Shown piece after piece: positions 54,860 through 64,000 of a DNA stretch of 64,000 nt. Location of the stretch: positions 1,674,001-1,738,000 of the forward strand of contig OY740823.1 of the NCBI GenBank assembly GCA_963514005.1, in the 5' to 3' direction. Position 1 is the stretch's first letter; each line of letters begins with the position of its first letter. Under the pieces are notes generated by a model. The model made no database searches. It worked only from the letters and a program-made list of their open reading frames with translations, and had not been told where the DNA came from. Source of the DNA: Raja brachyura. Its lineage: Eukaryota. A program made the translations under genes and the position numbers.

Positions 54860-55880
54860 TGATACTGGAAAAATCGAAGGTAGACAGAAATTGCTGCATA
54901 AACTCGCGGGTGAGGCAGCATCTAGGGAGAAGGAATTGGCGACGTTTCAGGTCGAGACCCTTCTTCAGACCGATGTCCGGGGGAGCGGGAAATATAAACG
55001 AAGTAGGCGGAGACAGTAGGGCGTGCGAAACCTGGGAAGGGAGAGGGGAAGGGGGAGAAAGCAAGGGATATTGGAGGGGTCATTGTTCATACCGCCTGGG
55101 TGTAAACTACCCAAGTGAAATATGAGATTCTGGTCCTACAATTTTCTCTGTGCCTCACGCTGGAATGCAGGAGGCCTACGACACAATTGTCAGATTGGGA
55201 ATGGGAGAGTGGGTTGAAGAGCTGAGCAACCGGGTGATCAGGTTGATTAAGACGGACTGAGCGGAGGTGTTCATCGAAGCGATCGCCAAGCCTGCGCTTC
55301 GTCTAACCGATGTAGAGAAGCTGACAACTGGAACAGCGGATGCAGTAGATGAAGTTGGATGAGTTGCAGGTGAAACTCCGCCTCACCTGGAAAGACAGAG
55401 TTGGTCCTTGGATGGAGTAAAGGGAGGAGGTAAATGGACGTGTGGCATTTCTTACATCTGCAGGGGAAATTCCCCAGTTGAGGATGATTTGGGTGGAAAA
55501 GGACGAATTGATCAGGGATTTACTGAGGGAACGGTTTCTGCGGAAAGCAGAAAGGGGAGGAGATGGGAAGATGTGGCCAGTAGTGGGACCCCGTTTGAGG
55601 CGGCGAAAATGTTGGGGGATTATATGTTTTACGCGACGGCTGATGATGGGGTGGAAGATGAGTACAAGGGGGCCTCATCTATAATGGAAGAAGGGAAAGA
55701 ATGAGGACATCTCCGATGCCCTAGTATGGTACACCTCATCCTGGGCGCAGATGCGGCTTGGACGGAGGAATTGGGAGTACCGGATAGTGCCTTTACATGA
55801 ATCAGGATGGAAGGAAGTGTGGTCAAGATACTGTCAGTGGGTTTGCACTAGATGTCGGGCAGCTGTCTGTTGTCTGCGAT
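54860..55880 (-). mobile_element. Degenerate Penelope-like element
   Basis: Minus-strand GIY-YIG endonuclease remnant IYCIRCSSCQLLYIG*TKRRLGDRFDEHLRSV at ~55250-55370. Confidence 0.8.
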
Positions 55881-55884
55881 GCAG

Positions 55885-58245
55885 ATTAGGTTTCTTCATT
55901 GCCTACTGTCTCTGCATGCTTCTTTCCAGTGACTGGTGTACAAGCACACCCAGATAACTTTGCACCTCCACCTCCACTTTTCCGAATCTGACACAATTCA
56001 CATAATAATCTGCCTTCTTGTTCTTGCCGCCAAAGTGGATAAACTCGCAATGTAATCATATTAATCTGCATCTGCCATGCATCTGCCCACTCAGCCAACC
56101 TAACCAAATCACCCTGACGCCTCGGGATCGTCCTCGCAGCTCCCACTGCCACCCAGATTGTGTCATCTGCAAACTTGGAGATGTACATTCAGTCGCCTAA
56201 ATCTTTAATATATATTGTAAATAACTGGTGTCAATAACAGCACTGAGCGTTGCGGCACCCCACTAGTCACTGCGTCTACTTCCAGCTGTCATTGATTTAC
56301 GCAGGTCCTTCGATCGAATCATCAATTTAGTGGCAACGTATGTACACACACAAGGAATCTGACGGTGCTAAGGAACATAGAAACAAAGACAATAGGTGCA
56401 GGAGTGGGCCATTCGGCCATTCGAGCCAGCACCGCCATTCAATATGATCATGGCTGATCATTCAACTCAGTATCCCGTTTCTGCTTTATACCATATCCCT
56501 TGATTCCGTTATTCTAAGCCCAGAAAAGTTTTTTCTCTCCTCTTAGTCCTAGTTGGTCTACCCCGTATTCTTACACAGTGAACCTTGGTTCTGGAGTCCC
56601 CCAAAGCCATGAACATTTTTCTCGCATCTGGCCTGTCCAATCCCTTAAGATTTTTATGTTTCTAGAAGATCCCCTGTCACCATTCTGCAATGCAGTGAAT
56701 AGATGCTTTGCTCGCCCATGGTAAAAACACAATACACAGCAGACAATGAAAAGGAAAACAGAATTAAAACATGTAAAAATAAAAATGCAGGAGTAAAAAG
56801 GGCAGCTTTGGTATCTATTGCACATGTAAATATCTGAAGAGCACTTGGAGAGTTCATAAGCTTACTGACCAGAATATAGTGGTGTAATGCGGCAGTAAAG
56901 TAGAGCTACTGCTCGTGGGAAGAAACTATGTTTGTGTCTGGATTGATACTCCCGACTCGCCTCCCTGAGCGCAGGACTCCAAACAGTTTGTGGCGATGGT
57001 GAGAGGAGTCAGGGATGACTTTACCCGCTCGCTTCTAGGCCCTTGTGGCGTATAGTTCGGCGATGGATGGGGGTGTGGGGTGTGGGGGGAGGTTACAGCC
57101 AATAACATTCTCAACTGAGCGAACGTGTGAGACGTTGGTGAGGCCACATTTACAGTATTGCATTCAGTTCTGGGAGGCGTGTTATTGGAAACATGTTGTC
57201 AAGCTCGAAAGTATGCAGAGGAGATTTGCGAGTATGTTGCCAGGACTAGATGGTCTGACCTATAGTCAGAGGGTGAGGACTATTCCTTGGAACGCAAGAG
57301 GATGAGGGATGATTTATGGAGGTGAATAACACCATAAGAGGGCTAGTTCTCGTAGACGAACATAGTCTCTTGCCCAGAGTACGTGAATCGAGGACCAGGT
57401 GACGGGTGAAGGAGAAAAGATTTAATAGGAATCTGAGGGGTAACCTTTTCCACACAAAGGGCGGTGGATGTATGGAACAAGCTGCCAGGGGACGTAGTTG
57501 AGACAGGGACTATCCTAACATTTAAGAAGCACTTAGACTGAATGATGGATAGGACAGGTTTGGAGGCAGATGGACCAAATGCTGGCAGGTGGGACTAGTG
57601 TAACTGAGACATTATGGTCCGTATGGGGAATATGGGCCGAAGGGCCTGATTCAACGCTGTATCACTCTATGAGTCAATAAATAATGCGCTCAAACTCCGG
57701 ATGTCATGATTGGTGGCTGAGAACCAGGCCACGATGGGGGATTTCATAAAGTGATAGCGACACAGAGTCCTTTTCAGAACGCCAGGCAGTGACTAGTGGG
57801 GTGCCGCAAGGTTCATTACTGGGACCCCAGTTGTTTACAACATATATTATCGATTTAGACGACGGAATTAAATGTAATATCTCTACATTTGCGGATGATA
57901 CAAAGCTGGGTGGCATTGTGAGCTGCGAGGAGGATGCTATGAGGCTGCAGGATTAATTTCATAGGTTGGGTGAGTGGCAGATTGTGGCAGATGCAACAGA
58001 ATGTGGATAAATGTGCGATTATTCACTTTGGTGGCAAGAACAAGTAGGCAGATGATGATCTGAATGGTGTAAGATTAGAAGGGGAGGTGCAACGAGACCT
58101 GGCTGTGCTTGAAATCAGTCAGTGAAAGTAAGCATGCAGGTACAGCAGGCAGTGAAGAAAGCCAATGGCATGTAGGCCTTCATTCCGAGAGGAGAACCTA
58201 TTGCAGGTGCACAGCGCCGTGGTGAAACCGCACCTGGAGTATTGT
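55885..58245. mobile_element. Patchwork of old CR1 RT and 3' fragments on both strands
   Basis: SKFADDT (-, ~56160-56190), LVRPHLQYCIQFW (+, ~57135-57175) and GVPQGS...FADDTK (+, ~57800-57905). Confidence 0.8.
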
Positions 58246-58249
58246 AGAA

Positions 58250-60250
58250 TCATAGAAACATAGAAAATAGGTGCAGGAGTAGGCCATTCGGTCTTCGACC
58301 CCGCACCGCCATTCATTATGATCATGGCTGATCATCCAACGCAGTATCCTGTACCTGCCTTCACTCCATATCCCCTGATACCTTTAGCCACAAGACCCAC
58401 GTCTAACTCCCTCTTAAATATAGCCAATGAACTGGCCTCAACTATCTTCTGTGGCAGAGAATTCCACGGACTCACCATTCTCTGTGTGAAAAATAATCTT
58501 CTCATCTCGGTCCTAAAAGACTTCCCCCTTATTCTTAAACTGTAACCCCTTGTTCTGGAGTTCCCTAGCATCGGGAACAATCTTCCTGCATCTAGCCTGC
58601 CCAACCCCTTAAGAATTTTGTAAGTCTCTATAAGATTCCCCTCAATCTCCTAAATTCCAGTGAGTACAAGCCGAGTCTATCGAGTCTTTCTTCATATGGA
58701 AGTCCTGCCATCCCAGGAATCAGTCTGGTGAACCTTCTCTGTACTCCCACTATGGCAAGAATGTATTTCCTCAGATTAAGAGACCAAAACTGTACGCAAT
58801 ACTCCAGGTGTGGCCTCACCAAGGCCCTGTACAACTGCAGTAGAACCTCCCTGCTCTTGCACTCAAATCTTTTTGCTATGGATGCCAACATACCATTCGC
58901 TTTCTTCACAGCCTGCTGCACCTGCATGCTTACTTTCAATGACTGGTGTACCATGACACCCAGGTCTCATTGCATCTCCCCTTTTCCTAATCATCCACCG
59001 TTCAGATAATAGTCTACCCTCCTGTTTTTGCCGCCAAAGTGGATAACCTCACACTTATCAACATTATACTGCATCTGCTATGCACTTGCCCACTCGCCCA
59101 ACCTATCCAAGTCACCTTGCAGCCTCCTAGCATCCTCCTCACACCTAACACTGCCCCCTAAAACTGGGAGATGTTGCATTCAATTCCTCATCCAGATCAT
59201 TAATATACATTGTAAATAGCTGGGATCCCAGCTCTGAGCCTTGCAGTACCGCACTATTCACTGCCTGCCTTTCTGAAAATGACCCGTTTACTCATACTCT
59301 TCGCTTCCTATCTGCCAGCCAGTTCTCTATCCACATCAACACTGAACCCCGAATACCGTGTGCTTTAAGTCTGAAGGCTAATCCCTTATGTGGGACCTTG
59401 CCGAAAGCCTTCTGAAAGTCCAGATATAACACATCCACAGGTTCTCCCTTATCCACTCTACTAGTTACATCCTCGAAAAATTCTATAAGATTCGTCAGAC
59501 ATGATTTACCTTTCGTAAATCCATGCTGATTTTGTCCAATGATTTCACCACTTTCCAAATGTGCTGGTATCCCATCTTTAATAACTGACTCTAACATTTT
59601 CCCCAAAACCGATGTTAGACCAACTGGTCTGTAATTCCCCGTTTTCTCTCTCCCTCCCTTTTTAAAAAGTGGGGTCACATTAGCTACCCTCCAATCCTCA
59701 GGAACTACGCCAGAATCTAAAGAGTTTCGAAAAATTATCACTATTGCATCCACTATTTCTGGGGCTACTTCCTTAAGTACTCCGGGATGCAGCCTATCTG
59801 GCCCTGGGGATTTATCGGCCTAAAATCCATTCAATTTACCTAACACCATTTCCCGCCTAACCATGATTTCACTCAGTTCCTCTATCTCATTTGACCCCCG
59901 GTCCCCTGCTATTTCCGGCAGATTATTTATCTTCCTTTGTGAAGACAGAACCAAAGTAGATATTCAATTGGTCTGCCATGTCCTTGTTCCCCATGTGCAA
60001 GTCACCAGTTTCTGACTGCAAGGGACCAACATTTGTTTTAACTAACCTTTTTCTCTTCACATATCTTTAAAAAACTTTTGCAGTCCGTTTTTTTGTTCCC
60101 TGCCAGTTTTCTTTCATAATCTATTTTCCCTTTCGTAATTAAGCACTTTGTCCTCATCTGCTGGACTCTGAACTTCGCCCAGTCCTCTGGTAGGCTGTTT
60201 TTTCTGGCTAATTTCTATGCTTCATCTTTAGTTTTGATACTATCCCTGAT
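58250..60250 (-). mobile_element. 2-kb 5'-truncated CR1 nested in an older plus-strand CR1
   Basis: Minus-strand ORF2 pieces at 59292-59753, 58628-58954 and 58332-58604, with the tail at ~58250-58270. The host CR1 resumes at ~60250-60680. Confidence 0.9.
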
Positions 60251-60839
60251 TGTGTGCAATTTTTGTCTCTTAATTTGAGGAAGGACATTTTTGCTATTCA
60301 GGGAGTGCAGCGTAGGTTCACCAGGTTAATTCCCGGGATAGCGGGACTGACGTATGACGAAAGAATGGGGCGACAGGGCTGGAATTTCGAAGGATGAGCG
60401 GGTAGCTTATGGGTACATATACATTTCTTAAAGGATTGGACAGGGTAGATTGTTCGCGATGTTGGGGGACGCCAGAACCAGGGGTCATAGTTTAAGAATA
60501 AGGAGTACGACATTTAGGACTGAGATGAGAAAAACGTTTTCACCTAGATAGTTGTGAATCTGTGGAAATCAATGTCACCGAAGGCAGAGGAGGCCAATTC
60601 GCTGCATGTTTTCATGTGCGAATTACATTTAGCTCGTAGGGCTAAGGGAATCACGGGATATGGGGTAAAAGCAGGGACGGAGTTGATGAGGAGAGGATGT
60701 TTCTGCCAGTGGGACAGTCTGAGTCATAGCTTCAGAATTAAAGGACGCACTTTTCGGAAGGAGTTGCAGAGACATTTCTTCTGTCAGAGGTTGGTGAATC
60801 TGTGGAATTATTTGAATAGAACTATGTGGAGGACGTTAG

Positions 60840-61582
60840 NNNNNNNNNNNNNNNNNNNNNNNNNNNNNNNNNNNNNNNNNNNNNNNNNNNNNNNNNNNNN
60901 NNNNNNNNNNNNNNNNNNNNNNNNNNNNNNNNNNNNNNNNNNNNNNNNNNNNNNNNNNNNNNNNNNNNNNNNNNNNNNNNNNNNNNNNNNNNNNNNNNNN
61001 NNNNNNNNNNNNNNNNNNNNNNNNNNNNNNNNNNNNNNNNNNNNNNNNNNNNNNNNNNNNNNNNNNNNNNNNNNNNNNNNNNNNNNNNNNNNNNNNNNNN
61101 NNNNNNNNNNNNNNNNNNNNNNNNNNNNNNNNNNNNNNNNNNNNNNNNNNNNNNNNNNNNNNNNNNNNNNNNNNNNNNNNNNNNNNNNNNNNNNNNNNNN
61201 NNNNNNNNNNNNNNNNNNNNNNNNNNNNNNNNNNNNNNNNNNNNNNNNNNNNNNNNNNNNNNNNNNNNNNNNNNNNNNNNNNNNNNNNNNNNNNNNNNNN
61301 NNNNNNNNNNNNNNNNNNNNNNNNNNNNNNNNNNNNNNNNNNNNNNNNNNNNNNNNNNNNNNNNNNNNNNNNNNNNNNNNNNNNNNNNNNNNNNNNNNNN
61401 NNNNNNNNNNNNNNNNNNNNNNNNNNNNNNNNNNNNNNNNNNNNNNNNNNNNNNNNNNNNNNNNNNNNNNNNNNNNNNNNNNNNNNNNNNNNNNNNNNNN
61501 NNNNNNNNNNNNNNNNNNNNNNNNNNNNNNNNNNNNNNNNNNNNNNNNNNNNNNNNNNNNNNNNNNNNNNNNNNNNNNNNNN
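60840..61582. other. Assembly gap
   Basis: Run of N. Confidence 1.
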
Positions 61583-61834
61583 ACAGTGCTACTGCGCGGG
61601 GTGACCGCTGATCAGCGCGGTCTCGGTGAGCCGCAGGCCTGTTTTCGTGCTGTATCTCAAAAGTTCCAATCGTCCAAAGTCTAATACAGTTAAGTTAAAA
61701 ACAACGTTAATAGCCATGCTCGAGAATTGCCACTAAATGCTGAAGGCTTCTTTGGATTCCAACGTCTGCAATCTCTTGCGTCTACATATCTAATATCTGC
61801 GCTTCTAAAACAACGTTTTCCGCATCTAGGCCCA

Positions 61835-62920
61835 CCTGTTGCGCCGCTGAATTGGCAGCCCCGTCTATTTTTTCGTCTCTTTTTTTGTATTTTTATTGTG
61901 TTTGAAAAGTTTGTGTAAATGTTCTCCGGTTTGTTTTTATGTGGAGGGAGGGGGATCGAGGATTACTTGTTTTTCAATGTGTTACCTTGCCGGAGATGCG
62001 ATTGTTTCCGGATCATATCTCTGGTCGCTATGCGGCCTAACATCCTGGTGCCTGCTCGGACTAACTTTGAGCCAAACCGCGGGGCGTGGAATTAACTTCA
62101 GTGCCGATCCCTTGCCCGGGATCGCTGCAACAGCGGCCTGCAGATTTTGCCATCGAGATCTCGCAGTCTCTGGAGAGGCCAAGTCGGGAGTTCCAACCAC
62201 GCAGAGGTCTACGCCCCGACCCACGGTCTGATCGCCGGCGCAGCGGAACTGACATCCCCTCAATGCAGGAGCTGATCACCCCGATGCGGAAGGCCCAAAC
62301 GCCCCCGACCACGGTAGATCAAAGAAGGGAAGAGATTGAACTATTTTTCGCCTTCCATCACAGTGAGGAACGTGGAAGAGTCACTGTGGTGGATGTTTAT
62401 GTTAAAATGTTTTCTTTGTGTACCGTTACTTTTTTATTTGAGCGCTTGACAGATCTGGCCTCTATTCGCTGGAGTTAGCAAGGTTGAAATGGGATCTCAT
62501 TGAAATTTGCAGTACAATGAAAGGCAAAATTAGAATGTATGTGAAAAGAATGGTTCCACTGGTGGTCGACTCGGACTCTCCCGAGACTGCGAGCTCTGGA
62601 TGATAAAGTCCGCATGGCACTGTTGGAGCGATCCCATGCAAGGTGTCGGCCCCGATGTTAAGCCCACGCCCCGCGGTGGGGCTCAAAGTCGCCCCGAGGA
62701 GTTCTCCAGCTCCATCGATGTTAGGCCGCAGAGCGACTGGAGATGCGATCCGGGAAAAAATCGCATCTCCGGCAAAGTAAGAGACCGAAAAAAAGGTTCC
62801 AGCCCCTCCCCACACATAATAAAAAAAACCGGAGAACTTTTACACAAATTTTAAAACACTTTAATATTTTTTTTTAAAGAGGAAAAACAGACAGACTATT
62901 TTCGGGGCTGCCAATCACCT
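61835..62920. repeat. Two copies of one interspersed repeat in inverted orientation
   Basis: ~61850-62190 matches the reverse complement of ~62565-62915 (for example GCCGGAGATGCGATT and GCGGCCTAACATC). Confidence 0.8.
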
Positions 62921-63019
62921 ACTGTCATGTGTATGCACCAACAATGAACGGCGTACGTTTGCGTCATATTCAATTAAATCAGATATTGTCTTACATGAGC
63001 ACATTCAATAAACGCACAT

Positions 63020-63730
63020 GGGAGACAGGTGGTGTAAACAGTTACCCCTCAAATTCCTATTAAATATTTCTCCCTTCACATTAATCATCTGTCCACTCGT
63101 TCTAGGTTCCCCTACTCTGGGGATAGAGCTCTGTGCATATATCCAATCTATTGCTCACGGATTTGTACACTTCAATAAGATCACCCCTTCCTCCGCCCGT
63201 GCTCCAATGAATAACGCCCCCCCAAACTCTCACTATAGTTCAGGCCCTCGAATCCTGGTAACATCCTCGTAAATCCTCCCTGCACCCTTTCTAGCTGGAC
63301 CACTTCTTTCTTAGAACATGGTGAGCAAAATTGAACATAGCACTCTAAACGTGGCCTCACCAATGTCTTCTATAAATGCAACGAGACCTCACAACCTGCA
63401 TGCTTAGTAAACAGACTGATGAGGGACTAATGAGCCAAAGGCTTGTTTGAAAATCCTCTCTACCTATGCTCTCAAAGTTCAAGCACCTGTATCCTTTTAA
63501 ACCTAGATCGCTCTGCTCTGCAACTCTCGCCCGAGGCCGACCATGCACTGTGTAGTTCCTTTTATACTTTCCAAGATGAAACACATCACATTTATCTGTG
63601 TAAAATTCCAGCACTCATTCATGAGCCTACTTGCGTAACCGATCTAGCTCGTGCGGCTATTTGGACACACAATTTCACTATCTATAATACCAACCACATC
63701 AGAGTTATCTGCAAACTACATAATCTTGCA
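63020..63730 (-). mobile_element. Old CR1 3' fragment
   Basis: LVRPRLECYVQFCSP...LERVQGGFTRMLPG on the minus strand. Confidence 0.8.
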
Positions 63731-64000
63731 ATGTATGTTGGATACATAGGGGATGGAGAGAAATGAAAGTATATCAACAGAGTGCAGAATGCCCCTGCGT
63801 CTGCCGCCACCACACCACACGGTATTCGGGGGATGGTAGGACACGAGTACGGTAGACAGAAAGATAGTATAAATATAGTGCTTAATATAATTACAGCTGC
63901 AGGGAAGGTGCGGGTTTAAAAAAAAACTGAATGACTGCTACGGGGTAGGTTGGAAGATCGAGAATGCAGCCTTAGCTGATGAGATGTGAGTCTACTAGCA

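Noticed and set aside
60554-61684. Long ORFs spanning N runs (also 46523-47344)
   Set aside because: Their length comes from assembly gaps.

Overview
Eukaryotic, repeat-dense vertebrate DNA, most likely a cartilaginous fish such as a skate or ray (inferred from a GPR139/142-like GPCR copy and abundant CR1 LINEs with (TTTCTATG)n tails). The core is a cluster of five divergent five-exon alpha-tubulin copies. Two are intact: 15862-18852 (-), 451 aa, and 50689-53856 (+), 449 aa. Three are pseudogenes: 1-1700, 29850-31490 and 33806-35900, all on the minus strand. The copies appear to derive from a repeated two-gene cassette whose last copy is inverted. Both intact genes encode an unusual isotype with extra cysteines, a remodelled helix H11 and no C-terminal tyrosine, and both share a Forkhead/X-box/CCAAT/TATA promoter, suggesting a motile-cilium or sperm-flagellum role. 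Between the genes lie a FAM110C-like pseudogene embedded in DNA-transposon debris, a GPR139-like pseudogene, CR1, L2, Rex1, Tx1, Penelope, BEL and Gypsy remnants, a 3.5-kb inverted-repeat element filled with satellite arrays, several perfect hairpins and two assembly gaps. No prokaryote-type system, CRISPR array or RNA gene is evident. Protein family assignments rest on recalled motifs and were not checked by database search.
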